Shown piece after piece: positions 12,830 through 26,961 of a DNA stretch of 64,000 bases. The stretch is from Octopus vulgaris. Taxonomy: Eukaryota. The notes under the pieces were generated by a model. It saw nothing but the letters and a program-made list of their open reading frames with translations. It searched no databases and was not told the DNA's origin. Location: positions 167,028,001-167,092,000 of the forward strand of contig OX597817.1 of NCBI GenBank assembly GCA_951406725.2. The letters are read 5' to 3'. Numbering within the stretch: the stretch's first letter is position 1; the number at the start of each line of letters is the position of its first letter. The position numbers and the translations under genes were made by a program.

Positions 12830-13279
12830 CACCCTTTTCAAGCCTAGCCAGGCTCATGGGCCCGGTTTCGAGGTTTCTGTGGCATATGTGTTCCCCACCC
12901 CCAGCTGGACGGGACGCCAGTCCATCGCAGCATTACTCAAGAAACAGGAAGAGAGAGTGAGAGAAAGTTGTGGCGAAAGAGTACAACAGGGCTCGCCACC
13001 ACTCCCTGCCGGAGCCTCGTGGAGCTTTTGGGTGTTTTTGCTCAATAAACACACATAACGCCCGGTCTGAGAATCGAAACCGCGATCCTCCGACCGCGAG
13101 ACCACTTCCCTAACCACTAGACCATTGCGCGCCTCCACGAATGCACCCTTTTAAAGCCTAGCCAGGCTCATGGGCCCGGTTTCCCGGTTTCAATGGCGTA
13201 TGTGTTCCCCAGCTGAATCGAAACCACAATCTTACGATCATGATGCTGACACCCTAACCACTAAGCCACGCGCCTCCAC
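12830..13279 (-). mobile_element. SINE family C copy (tail type 2) plus an adjacent deleted copy
   Basis: Head GGAGGCGCGCAATGGTCTAGTGGTTAGG...GGTTTCGATTC; tail GATGGACTGGCGTCCCGTCCAG...GGCTAGGCTT. Confidence 0.85.
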
Positions 13280-13378
13280 CGATTTCCATTTTAAGTGAAC
13301 CAAATACACAGGATTAATTCGTGATTCCTGCTCTCATGTCCAAATATGACAAATACATATTTCTTTATTCATGCTTAC

Positions 13379-13685
13379 CTGAAATATTTGATGAAGTTTC
13401 GGCATTTGGTTTTGGTGTAACAAAATGAGGCAGGGAGCATATCATACAGGCAAGACCAGATAAAACGCCACTGATGCCTAACAGCTTTGGTCTGTGGGTG
13501 TCTTTAAGTAGATAAGTTAGAAATAGAGACGCTACAAGGAAGCCAATATCATTCCCACTCATTAGAAGTCCACTGTCGCTACTTGCTAAGTTGAATTGTT
13601 TCTCAATAGTTGTTATCTGAGATCCTAGGTACGAGGTCACCGAATATATCAGGAGATTAGCAAACCCGACGATCACTGCAAAACT
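13379..13685 (-). CDS. SLCO: SLCO/OATP exon 2 (TM1-TM3)
   Basis: [27 protein letters not shown]...HRPK...SLPHF are hallmark OATP motifs. Acceptor ttttctag, donor CAG|GTAAGC, 307 bp, phase 0 to 1. Confidence 0.95.
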
Positions 13686-13698
13686 CTAGAAAATAGAC

Positions 13699-13737
<39 letters not shown>

Positions 13738-13917
13738 AAGAAAGATAGATAGATAGATAGATACTTGACATCCTTATCCACAAGTGGTCATATATAAAAT
13801 TCACACAAATATAGTAGCACACATACATATACAAACAGACACATATACATACATAATATATATGTATGTGTGTGTGTTTGTATGTGTGTGTTGGCTGTGC
13901 GTGTATATGTATGTGTG

Positions 13918-14158
<241 letters not shown>

Positions 14159-14174
14159 ATATACATATATATAC

Positions 14175-15095
14175 ATAATTAAGGATAAAATCATTAAAAA
14201 CTAATGATTTATCAGTGGCCAGCATATAACAAAAACCATATAGGTAAAATCAATATATAAATATATAATTATAAAGATATAATTATAATTAAGGGCACTA
14301 AAGGAACAGAGCCTATGCTAGAGATAGACGTCAAACGACTATAAGCCACTTTGAATTTGCACTCCATACTACACGGCTGAATGCGAGGAAAATGGATAAA
14401 AAAGATTTGGTAATACTTTGGTTAACCCTAAATCTTCAGGTTTCTGTTTAGTAATAAATATTCTGCCTCCATCAGTAAAGTATATCGACTGTATATAAAT
14501 TAAAATACATATACATACCCATACAAATACATATATATACATATATTTAAACGTATATACGAAGTAAAATCCAATTATCCATCTCAACCGCATGCGTATT
14601 TCATCAGAATAATACTGCAGTAAACATATGACCAGGAGTGAATAAATGTACATGAATGCATTATTAAGGATAAAATCAATAAAAATTAATGATTTTATTA
14701 GCGGCCAGCATATAATAAAAACCATTAGTGGCCACCATATAATAAAAATCTTTATATAAATATATAATTATAAAGATATAATTATAATTAAGGGTAGTGG
14801 AGGAACATGATAGGCGCTGTTCCGTTAGTGTATTTACATGGATACGTAGATGTATTTTCATTTATGTATGGTTGGTATACCCTACTGATGAAGGTAGAGT
14901 ATTTATTACTAAGCCAGATATCTAAAGATTTAGGATTAGCGAAAGTTTTACGAAATCTTTTTTATCCATTTTCCTTACATTCAACCTTGTGCTAATGGAG
15001 TGCAAATTCAAAGTGGTTTATAGTCATTTGACGTCTATATCTAGCAAAAGGCGCCGTTCCTCCACTGCCCTTAATAAAAATTATATCTTTCTATA
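14175..15095. repeat. Rearranged module with an inverted repeat (~14270-14540 / ~14830-15095) and a direct repeat (~14175-14310 / ~14660-14810)
   Basis: Diverged arms visible by eye, (TA)n on both sides, degenerate hammerhead-like CTGATGAAGG at 14886. Confidence 0.75.
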
Positions 15096-15122
15096 ATATA
15101 TATATATGTACACACACACACA

Positions 15123-15160
<38 letters not shown>

Positions 15161-15175
15161 CACACACACACAGAC

Positions 15176-15206
<31 letters not shown>

Positions 15207-16806
15207 CACACACAGACATATATATATATATATATATATATATGCAAGATTTAAAATTGAGCTACTATACCTTCCATGATTACAACAGTACATAGCTGCT
15301 CTCTTTGAGAAAGTGAGAAAGAATGAGAGGAAAAAAAACACATCACAATATATAGGAAATAAAAAGCATGGAGGAAAGTGAGATAAAGTGGGAATCAAAA
15401 GTCCTTAGAGTGGTTAATCTGATGGAAAAAAGTTAAAATTTGTGACAGTATGCTTAATCCGGAAAGGGTAGTATTTTCCATTTCAATAGTAGAAGCGTAT
15501 CATGACGCTTGCATTTATTAGGAATTTCGGTCCTAGAATTCAGTAGGTCATTGGAGTTTTTACATTAAAGAGGATGTGACTTCTTTCGTTTATACCAGTG
15601 GTATAGCCTATGGACCCCTTTCATTCCTATTTTACTCCACTGGACCTCCATAGCTATTTGATATGTATATAAGAAAAATCCTACTGTATCTTTATAATTA
15701 AATATTATTAGGAATTTCATAAAAAAGATTAAAATATTTTGTGTATAATTTTTGCTATAAAATCTTATATGGACCTTTAAGGTCCGTATGGTTCCCGCTT
15801 GAGAATCACTGGGTTATACAAAACCTACATCTTTTTGGCGCATTAATGCATGGTGTAGATCTTCTACAATACTCTACGTTAGCATTCTTTTCGTCTACCT
15901 GAGAAAAGGTAACTACAACACAGGGAAATATTACTAACGGCATTTAAGAAAGATTCACCGACTGGATTGCATAGCTTTAAGCCAGTCTTTCACCAATGTT
16001 CTTTGTCTATCCCTTCTACCGCAAGAACTTTCTCTGGTTCTTTAAACCTTTAACCTGTGCATATTTGTTATTAGATCGTAAGTCTACATGTAACACATAC
16101 TGCTCTTTTTCCCGAGTTTTAATAAAACAGAACCCAAAGAATCTCAAATGCGAAAAGCCTAATTTCTCGTTATTACATATAAAAACATATAAATAATCAA
16201 TCTATATAAAGATGATATAATTACTTGAAAACGACCGATTATATATTCTGTGAACGCTGAAGGATAAACCAAGCAATGAAAATAATGAAACCACGCAAAT
16301 AAACTAAGAACGTCATATGAACCAAGCAAAAATAACCACAAATTCTTTACACTCCACCGACCATCGTGAAAATGGAGAATTATGCTGGATATGGTCCTAA
16401 ATAAACGAAAAATAACCGGATGTTATAGTCATGATGAGAACACATCTGATCACAGATATACTTAACCAGAGCGGTCATGTACCTGAACATCAATAAACAT
16501 CGCATAATAAGCGTCTGAAATTATCTCTGTCACTAAAGTCAATCACCTACTTTGAACAATGCACACTCTATCATGGCTAATTGCACATGCAGCAAACATC
16601 AAAGCACAAGAAGAATACTAATACTTTATTTGTATTCAATGAGAATTTATATACTAAAAAAGCATAGACAACAAAACAGTTATACGTAACACCAATAGCC
16701 CCAAAACTTGTTCTGTTTCTATCCCTGCTGTTTAAGACGGACGCGGATTTTGCTTAAGCTGTTTTATTACACAATTGATTGAAGAACAAAAAAAAAAAAA
16801 GCTTAC

Positions 16807-16893
16807 CTTTAGATTAAAGCATTTCTTCTCAGGTTGGGGCGAAATAATTTCTACTTGAAATTGGTTATCGTCTACTGGATTCGATTCGGTCAT
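16807..16893 (-). CDS. SLCO: SLCO/OATP transporter, first coding exon (MTESNPVDDNQFQVEIISPQPEKKCFNLK)
   Basis: ATG at 16893, 29 codons, donor AAG|GTAAGC. Upstream acceptor tttgtttag gives an exon start at 16909. Phase 0 joins the next exon as NLK-SFAV, matching the entry into OATP TM1. Confidence 0.75.
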
Positions 16894-16971
16894 GTTTGGA
16901 GATAATTATCTAAACAAAGTAATACATACATACATATATATATGTGTGCGTGCGTAATGTGTGTGTGTGTA

Positions 16972-17153
16972 CGAGGGGTGCTGACAAGTTCCTGGCTTTC
17001 AGGGTCAGTTCTTTTACAGGGCTTAGAAAAACTGAAGGACCGCTGCAATAAGTGCGTGAATCTGTGAGGGGAATACGTTGAATAAAACCATAATTAACTG
17101 ATTCTCCTGTATTTTTTTTTACTCAAAGCCAGGAACTTTTCAGCACACCTTCG
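16972..17153. mobile_element. Mariner-derived MITE
   Basis: TIRs CGAGGGGTGCTGACAAGTTCCTGGCTTT / AAAGCCAGGAACTTTTCAGCACACCTTCG, flanked by TA. Confidence 0.85.
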
Positions 17154-17162
17154 TATATATAT

Positions 17163-17534
17163 TCTTTTATTCTTTTACTTGTTTTGACTGCGGCCATGCT
17201 GGAGCACCGCCATTTATAGTCGAGCATATCGACCCCAGGACTTATTCGTTGTAAGCCTAGTACTTATTCTATCGGTCGCTCGGGCCGAACCTCTAAGTTA
17301 CAGAGACGTAAACACATCAGCATCGGTTGTCAAGCGATGTTAGGTGGGGGGCAAACACAGACACACAAACGTATATACACACATACAAATATAAATATAT
17401 ACGACGGGCTTCTTTCAGTTTCCGTCTACCAAATCCACTCACAAGGCTTTGGTCGGCCCGAGGCTATAGTAGAAGACACTTGCCCAAGGTGTCACGCTGT
17501 GGGACTGAACACGGAACCAGCCACTCTTACGCCT

Positions 17535-17535
<1 letters not shown>
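17163..17535 (-). mobile_element. SINE family A
   Basis: Reverse complement of the family A consensus. Confidence 0.9.
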
Positions 17536-17614
<79 letters not shown>

Positions 17615-18274
17615 GTGCATGAAACATACACGAAGAGAAAACTACCATGTGGATTTCTTACATGCTAAAAATGGCAGTCGAAGCCTAAAACCACGAAAGA
17701 ATATTTATACATTAAAGCACGTTGATTCGTACGTGAGCAAGTCGTTCGAGTGAATAAAATATAGTAGACATCATGCTTAAAAGCATAATGCCCATTTTCA
17801 GCTCAATCCTAGTCTCGATTTGGCCACCATTAACCGTCAAAGCAAAATGTGCATACAATTTTTATCCAAGGACTGTTTTATGGATATAGATGAATGACGT
17901 GAAAATTATTTTCGCTATAAACAATTATTAGCAGGGATCTGTTCAGTTTGGATCACAGATTTTTTTAATTAATTTTTTAAACTAAACAGTTTGAACCTTC
18001 CTATACTGGTGGAATGACTCACGTAGAACACGGTTTGATATGCAACACAGGCAGTAAACACATTTAGTAGAGATGACCCGGAAGTCGTTCCTCTTCGATT
18101 TCTATTGCAAACAGCAGTAGGTTTCTTCAACTGAATACAAGTCGTTGATTGGTTGAAATTACCCAAATACGGCAACTTTAACACGGCAAATATATTGGAA
18201 CGACTTGTTTTACCAATCTGTTAACAATTGAGCATGTGAATTTATGAACTGGTCAACAAAATGTTAATTTTTTT

Positions 18275-18599
<325 letters not shown>

Positions 18600-19577
18600 A
18601 AAAAATTAAGTTCGAAAATGCTGCTGTATTATACAATTTTTAATTTTTATATATACATTATAACATGTTTCAGTTCCTGAAATGAACCTTATCAAAAAAA
18701 AGTTATATATAAAAAGAGACAGCTCATACCGTCAAACACAAGAAATTCATTTATAATACACAACGGAGTCAGACATCTTAGAGTTCATGTATAGTTGATA
18801 TATAGTTCATGTATAGTTGATACATAGTTTGAAGTATATGTTCAAAGTCTTCGATGCAGTGGCCCACGGTGGCGATACGTATTCAATACAAAAAACAGAT
18901 CAAAGTGGTGGAAAGCGGTCAATACAGAAGATTGATGTTTCCGAAAGAGCGAGGAATTAATTTTTACCTTAAGCAATTGTGATGACCCATGGTGGAAGTT
19001 CGCTGGGTGGTTCTAGTGATTTTTTGTGAAATGCTTGGTTTTATAATGCCTGTTAGGTGGTCAATCTAGCGTAGCGTGACGTCATCAATGTTTTGACCAA
19101 TCGTTTCGTTAGGTGGCTTTAATCAAGTGGAACGGGACATCATCATTATTTTGACCAATCGCTGCATTATAACTCCCTCTTGTTTGTTTCCTGTCTTGAC
19201 CAGTCGCTTCGTTAGTCAAGCATAGCGGGATGTCATCCAGATTCTGCCCAATCACGACTTATAGCTACATTAGATCTGCCCCCTGTCTGTACTTGTTAGG
19301 TGACTATTCAAGCAGAAAAGGACGTCATCAATATTCTGACTAATGACTGTCCCCTGTTTGTATCCTGTCCATTCTAGCAGAGCTAGACGTCATCAACTTG
19401 TTGACCAGACAGAATCGGGTCTGACCCTTAGCTGTATCGTATGTATCAGGGTCAGATTTGCACGAAAGAATTTTTTTCCTTTTTTACTAAGGCATATTTC
19501 CGTCAGAGTGAGTGTCTGTTTGAAGTAGCGGCCGTGGTGAAATTTGGTTCTCCTTTTCGGAGGACTTATCTTTTATT

Positions 19578-20225
19578 TTAGTATTCCTGGCCCAGGGTGT
19601 TTAAACTTGGTCTAAATTTTTTTATGAAATATAGTTCTTTATTTTGGCGTTGTGTGAAGGTTGCGTTGTCACTGAATTTATAGAGCGGGTTAGTTGTAAA
19701 TTTCGGATTTACATTTCCAGCACATCTATCTATGTGTCCGCTGACCGGTATTTTGCGGTAATCAGGGTTTCTAATTTGTGATTTATGCACCGCCATCCTG
19801 TTACGTAAGCTATTTTTTGTATGGCCTATATACTGCCTATTGCAGCCTGCGCATGTTATGACGTAAATTAAGTTTTCTGATGCGCAGGTGAAGTTTGTTC
19901 TAATGGTGAACTGGTGGCCTTGTTCCAGTATAAATTCTGATCCTTCTTTCAAGATGACACAGATTCCGCAGTTGGGCCTTCCACATTTTCTAACTGCTGG
20001 TTTTGTGGTTGATGTTGAGTGCAGTGTAGTTGGGTTAAAATCCTTTTCAAGGATTTTGGTTGCCGTTTACTTTTAATGATGGTGTGTGTTTCGAGGATCC
20101 GGTTCATCTTTGGGTCTCCCTTTAGTAGGGCTGTGCTTTGTAGTATGGTGTTGAAGGCCTCATTGTTGAGTGGGTTGTGTGTAGAGATGTAGGGAAGGGT
20201 TTTTAATTGTTCTTTCTTTTTTGGT
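19578..20225 (-). mobile_element. Penelope-like element remnant (Neptune-type), Zn-finger linker and GIY-YIG
   Basis: KCGRPNCGIC linker in frame with FTCASENLIYVITCAGCNRQYIGHT...LRNRMAVH...LN. One frameshift upstream. The 3' noncoding part probably extends to ~18740. Confidence 0.88.
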
Positions 20226-20231
20226 TTTGTT

Positions 20232-20288
<57 letters not shown>

Positions 20289-20295
20289 ACATATA

Positions 20296-20975
20296 TACGA
20301 CGGGCTTCTTTTATTTTCCGTCTACCAAATCCACTCACAAGCTTTGGTCGAACCGAGGCTATAGTAGAAGACACTTGCCCGAGGTGTCACGCAGTGGGAC
20401 TGAACACGGAACCATGTGGTTGGTAAGCAAGCTACTTACCACACAGTGCTATTTTGTTTTTAGATAAATATTTTAAGTTCATGTTATCGCAATGCTTGAC
20501 GTTACAAAAGACCTGCTGTTTACTCTTTCTTGATAACAACTGCTTTTTTCAGGATGTTGACAAAATCATAGCTTCTAAATTCTGTTTCTTGACTGGGTGA
20601 AAATGATCAAACTTTAAACTTCTATAACTTTTTAAAACATTTTTTTCTGAAAAAAGTGAAATAACTGTAGCAATTCACCTTGGAAAAGTATATTAATTTG
20701 CCAAATTTTAAAATTTTGAAATGCTGACAACCAAACCAAATAGATCCCTTCAAGCAATCTGTAGAAAATACAAGAAGCAACTTTCAGGAGCTATAGTGAT
20801 TTATTGGTGCACATGGTTGTGAATGTTTCCCATAGGCGCAGGAGTGGCTGTGTGGTAAGTAGCTTGCTTACCAACCACAAGGTTCCGGGTTCAGTCCCAC
20901 AGCGTGGTATCTTGGGTAAGTGTCTTCTACTATAGCCTCGGATTTGGTAGACGGAAACTCAAAGAAGCCCGCCGT
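20296..20975. mobile_element. Two SINE family A 5' halves in opposite orientation (20296-20446 minus; 20834-20975 plus)
   Basis: Homology to the family A head. Confidence 0.8.
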
Positions 20976-22467
20976 ATATATGTATACATATATATGTGTG
21001 TGTGTGTGTGTGTATGTGTGTGTGCTCTTTAGACCAAGGGTATCTTGATTATATGAAGTTTACATTGCCGTTAAGGGACCCATATTAATACACGCAGGAT
21101 TCTATTAATATGCGTAGAAATCACAGTTTGAGTGGACAATATAATTGCGAAGAGAAGATAGGAATGTAAGAACAGAAAATATCTAAAGGAATGGGAAAGT
21201 TTACAAGTAAAGAATCTAAGCGAATATTTAACAGATGGTTTTCAATAGGGTCATTTAAACCAAGTCGGAGCAAGAGAGGAGGAAGCAGTGGTATTTGAAT
21301 AGGATAGTGTGGAGCGTGCAAAAGGAAGGTGTCAATGGGAAGAAAAATGTATACTTACAAGATGGAATAAGTAGTAAAATTTAAAATCTAGCGAAGAGGA
21401 GGAATGTTAGTAATGTCTTAAATCTAAGAATTAAGGTGTGTATTGGTGAGCGTCCTGCTCGTACTCGTACAGTGACCAATCATTTCCGACCTGAGGGCCT
21501 ATGTCAAACGACTGCTATCGCGTGTAGGACGCGTCGTTTTATCAACCGAGTCTATCGTGAATATTGTCGCGCTTCCTTCCTTGAAACGGGAAGGAAGAGC
21601 TATTTTCATCGTACTTGTGGCTATGGCGAAAGAATATGTATGGTGGATGCGTCTGAAAGGTCTAGGGACAAGCACTTTCCTCTCTGGTCAATCTCTCATC
21701 AACTTCTTGAAGTATCACTTGAGGAAGAAGGTGAGAGTAGAGAAGGAAGTTTTGTCTAGTGAATGCTTAAAAAAAAAGATGGGTGAATGTAGCAAGGATG
21801 GCACGTGTGAATGACGGAGTCAGCTTGAGCATAATCCTATGAAGCAAAAGGAAAAAAAAACAAAAGGAAAAAAGAGAACCACTTACTGTAATGTGTTTTC
21901 TTTTTGCATGACACTATTGCCCAAGATTCCCGTGGTCTTTTCCGTAGGTTTTTCTATCCACGGACAAACCTAATCTGTTCTCCCTTTTTACATTGACATT
22001 TCTGTGATACACTATCCCTATTGATCGGCCTCACTTTTTGTTTCTTGGGGGTTTTTTTCACGATCCCTTTTGATCGGAATTTGCCCCCTTTTTTCCTTTC
22101 TATTCTTCCCAAAATGAAAAGCTCTACTTTGTATTTTGTCCCTTCTGCCTTTAGACCTGCGTGGCCAATGAAGAAATCTATTATTAATATGGCCTTTTCC
22201 ACGCACATACATACATATACATACTTTTTTGTTGTATGTATGTGTGGAATGTAGATAAAAACAGTGTCGCATTCTAAACTTGAGAAAAGCCTTGAATTAT
22301 TTATAATGTACAAGTTACGTATGTATGTATGCATTTTTGTACATGTGTGTGTTTGCGGCTAAGGTTCGTTCTTACCTGTTTCATTTGCGTAAAATTCGTA
22401 AATATCCAAGAAGAAAACGAGATTGACGTCGAAAAGTCCGTATTAATGATAATATTTCATGAGTTTA

Positions 22468-23335
22468 AGGCAGCGGGCTGGCAGAAACGTTAGCACGCCG
22501 GACGAAATGCCTAGCGGTATTTCGTCTGCCGTTACGTTCTGAGTTCAAATTCCGCCGAGGTCGACTTTGCCTTTCATCCTTTCGGGGTCGATAAATTAAG
22601 TACCAGTTACGCACTGGGGTCGATGTAATCGACTTAATACCTATGTCTGTCCTTGTTTGTCCCGTCTGTGTTTAGCCCCTTGTGGGTAGTAAAGAAATAG
22701 GTATTTCGTCTGCCGTTACGTTCTGAGTTCAAATTCCGCCGAGGTCGACTTAGCCTTTCATCCTTTCGGGGTCGATAAATTAAGTACCAGTTACGCACTG
22801 GGGTCGATGTAATCGACTTAATCCGTTTGTCTGTCCTTGTTTGTCCCGTCTGTGTTTAGCCCCTTGTGGGTAGTAAAGAAATAGGTATTTCGTCTGTCGT
22901 TACGTTTTGTATGCATATTTTGCTTTGACGGTTAATGGCGGCCAAACCGAGACTAGGATTGAGCTGAAAATCGGCATTATACTTTTAAGTATGATGTCTA
23001 CTATATTTTGAGTCCAAATTTCGCCGAGGTCGACTTTGCCTTTCATCCTTTCGGGGTCGATAAATTAAGTACCAGTTACGCACTGGGGTCGATGTAATCG
23101 ACTTAATCCATGTGTCTGTCCTTGTTTGTCCCCTCTGTGTTTAGCCCCTTGTGGGTAGTAAAGAAATAGGTATTTCGTCTGTCTTTATGTTCTGAGTTCA
23201 AATTCCACCAAGTTCGACTTGGCCTTTTATCTTTTGGGGGTCCATAAATTAAGTACCAGTTGCGTACTGTGTCGATCTAATTGACTGGCCCCCTCACCCA
23301 AAATTTTGGGCCTTGTGCCAAGAGTAGAAAAGAAT
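22468..23335 (+). mobile_element. SINE family B tandem array (one head, ~4 body units)
   Basis: Repeated GTATTTCGTCTG...GTAAAGAAATAG units. Confidence 0.9.
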
Positions 23336-23579
23336 ATTTCATGTGTTTACAGTTGACAACACGTGCTGTCACGCACACGGAAACTAACGAACGAATCTTG
23401 ATGAGTCCGAGACTTATTCCGATTGATTGCCGAATATTTAGGAGGGCAAGGGAAAATTTAGGGAATGACGTGAGGGTAGGGTGGGGGTTGTTGTTATTTG
23501 TATTTTGAGAATAGGTTACGTAATTTGTGGCAACATGTAAAAATTATATTATCGCGTTCATTCAGGCAATCAGTTGATT

Positions 23580-23864
23580 GTTCCTTCTCGAGCCATGTCT
23601 GGCTCATAAGGGCCGGTTTCCCGGTTTCATTGGCGTATAGATTCCCCACCTGGACGGGACACCGGTCCATCGCAGGTGAGCTGCTAGATGCAAGAGAAAG
23701 TTGTGGCGGAAGAGTCAGCAGAAGTTCGCGATTACCTTCTGCCGAAGCCGCGAGGAGCTTAGATGTTTCGCTCATAAACACACACATCGCCCGTTCTGAG
23801 ATTCGAACCCGCGATCCCTCGACCGCGAGTACGCTGCTCTAACTACTAGGCCATGCGCCTCCAC
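23580..23864 (-). mobile_element. SINE family C-related copy (tail type 2)
   Basis: Head GGAGGCGCATGGCCTAGTAGTTAG...GGTTCGAATC; same tail type as the 12830 copy. Confidence 0.8.
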
Positions 23865-24275
23865 AATCAGTAGATTGCATAATAGAGAAGACTTCAGCTA
23901 TGCAAAGATCATCTGTTAAATGACCCCCACCCTTAAATTCTTTACGCGTAAACCTTCCCACTCCCTTATATATTTTTCTCAAAGACCTCTTTGAATGAAC
24001 AGCACATGGAATCTACGTTTCCTCACTTTACATTTCAGATGACAAAATATGAATTCCTATTGGAATTTACATACCACGGACAGGAAGCATTTCTACCACG
24101 TCTACACACCACTTTCCTTGGATAATGGAACGGCAACTATAACAACTTTATACATTTTTATCTTTATTTCTACATTCATTCTCCTATTTCTCTATATACT
24201 CTTTATTTGCTTCCTTTCCCAAATAACTCCTCATATTGAACTCTTATATTTTCCTCTATTTAACCATCTCACATC

Positions 24276-24323
24276 GTCTCTGATGAAGAGATATCCCTAA
24301 TATCCCAGAAACAGCTGTAAGAC
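24276..24323 (+). ncRNA. Minimal type I hammerhead ribozyme
   Basis: GTCT-CTGATGA-AGAGATATccctaATATCCCA-GAAAC-AGCT-GT-A-AGAC. Helix I GTCT/AGAC, palindromic helix III ACAGCTGT. Confidence 0.8.
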
Positions 24324-24532
24324 TAACTTTCTCCTTATAAATATCCTGAAAGTTTCACACAGCCTTGGCTTTTTTGTCTCATTTTATTTAACATATACAT
24401 GCTCATACAAGACCCGCATTAGACTCCTCACTCATATCTTCATCGAATCGAGAGTTTAACTACAGTCCTTCCATAGCACATACATAGCGTTACTTGGCCC
24501 CTTGAGTTTTCTGGATACCAATAGCTCTCATG

Positions 24533-24580
<48 letters not shown>

Positions 24581-24629
24581 CGGTGAGCTACTACTAAACA
24601 AGGTAAAATTGCAGGTAAGTAGGAACGCT

Positions 24630-25170
24630 TTTTTCTATTCTAGGCGCAAGACCCGAAATTTTAGGGGAGGGGGCCAGTCGACTTGATCGACCCCAGTCCG
24701 CAACTGGTACTTAATTTATGGACCTCGAAAGGATGAAAGGCAAAGTCGACCTCAGCGGATTTTGAAGTCAGAACGTAAAGACTGACCAAATACCTATTTC
24801 TTTATTACCCACAAGGGGCTAAACACAGAGGGGACAAACAAGGACAGACATAGGTATTAAGTCGATTACATCGACCCCAGTGCGTAACTGGTACTTAATT
24901 TATCGACCCCGAAAGGATGAAAGGCAAAGTCGACCTCGGCGGAATTCGAACTCACAACATAACGCAGACGAAATACCGCTAAGCATTTCGCCCAGCGTGC
25001 TAACGTTTCTGCCAGCTCGCCGCCTTTTATAAGTAGGAATATTTATTTCTTTATTGCCCACAGGGAGCTAAACACAGAAGGGACAAACAAGGACAGATAA
25101 TGGAATTACATCGACTGCTACTTATTTAATTGACCTCGAAAAGATGAAAGGCAAAGTCGACCTCGATGGA
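24630..25170 (-). mobile_element. SINE family B dimer plus fragment
   Basis: Reverse complement of family B; head at ~25025. Confidence 0.85.
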
Positions 25171-25513
25171 GAGGAATATTAGCAGGGAACTGACTCACCA
25201 CTGGCATTCCAGAAGCATGATTGGCATTGTTGACCTTGGAAGAATTTTGATATAGAACAAAGTCTGACCTAGTTAACAAAACACAGACACCTTACACACA
25301 CACACACACAGACTCACCGAGGGTTGCTGCATGAGAGAATTTTGTTACACACACATCTATCTCAAAACTGTTTAATGATATCAGTAAAGTAAGGTTTGAT
25401 AATTTTGACAAGAGAATGAGAAAGTGGGTTGGTTGTCACGAATGGTCAGGATCTTATCTCTGCTCTAACTATAAATACATAATGAAGGAGCTACCTAGCA
25501 CTGCATACATACA

Positions 25514-25548
<35 letters not shown>

Positions 25549-25607
25549 GTACGTATGTATATACATATATATGTGTATATATCTTTATATATAGTTATAT
25601 GTATATA

Positions 25608-25658
<51 letters not shown>

Positions 25659-25806
25659 ATGTATATATATACATGGAGAAGGGAGACCGGTATGCATGGG
25701 CGACTGCTGGTCTTCCATAAAACAACCTTGCCCAGACTTGTGCCTCAGAGGGTAACTCTCTAGGTGCAAAACCCATGGTCAGTGTCTGACCGAAGGAGGT
25801 AAAAAA

Positions 25807-26047
<241 letters not shown>

Positions 26048-26255
26048 ACATATATAAACATATGTGTACGTTTTGTAGTATTTAATGCATTTTTCATTTA
26101 TTGAAGTACTGAATGCCACGCATCCCGACTTTAGTGAAACAGTAAGTTTTTATATATATATTTTTTTGCAACTCTTCTTCCTGTCTTTCTCTCTCGTCTT
26201 CAAATTTCTTTTCTAGCATCCCTACTTCCTCTCCACCTCTCTTTCGTCTTATACA

Positions 26256-26379
<124 letters not shown>

Positions 26380-26384
26380 TATAT

Positions 26385-26440
<56 letters not shown>

Positions 26441-26961
26441 GCATATATATACCTATATATACACATGTAAATACCATGCCTGACAACCATTTTACGTTCA
26501 TTGAAATAAGGATTCCCAATATAGGTATCCGATTTCGCATTTGAAAAAGTGTATTGCAAACTAGATCAATTATAACAACCAGCTACTACTGCGTGATAGA
26601 TATTTCTTATGTCAAAGTACTTAGAAAAAAGATAGACAACCCTTATATCGAGTTGGCTTCAAAATGGACTAAAGAAACGAAATGGCATAACAAAATATTT
26701 CAGGGCCTTTTGCGTGACGTTCTGCGATATGAAATTGCACACGGCTCCTTATACTTGTAACTAAGAAATTTGGAAAGAACTCATAGTTGATTCTTTTAGT
26801 CCCATTACTTAATGTTTAATTTGTATTTATTTCATTGGCCCCGGAGTAATGACAGCCAGGACCAGCGTGATTTAAAACTATAATATATTGCAAAGGGACA
26901 TAACTACATAGCTCAAAATATTTTATCCAGCTTTCTATTATGTTTCTTATACAAATGTCAT

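Noticed and set aside
21040-21800. Possible further decayed PLE linker region
   Set aside because: Only faint motif resemblance; cannot be supported without alignment.
22371-22445. Possible SLCO 5' UTR exon (minus-strand CAG|GTAAG donor at 22376)
   Set aside because: A single donor motif without transcript evidence is insufficient. A non-coding upstream exon is expected but cannot be placed.
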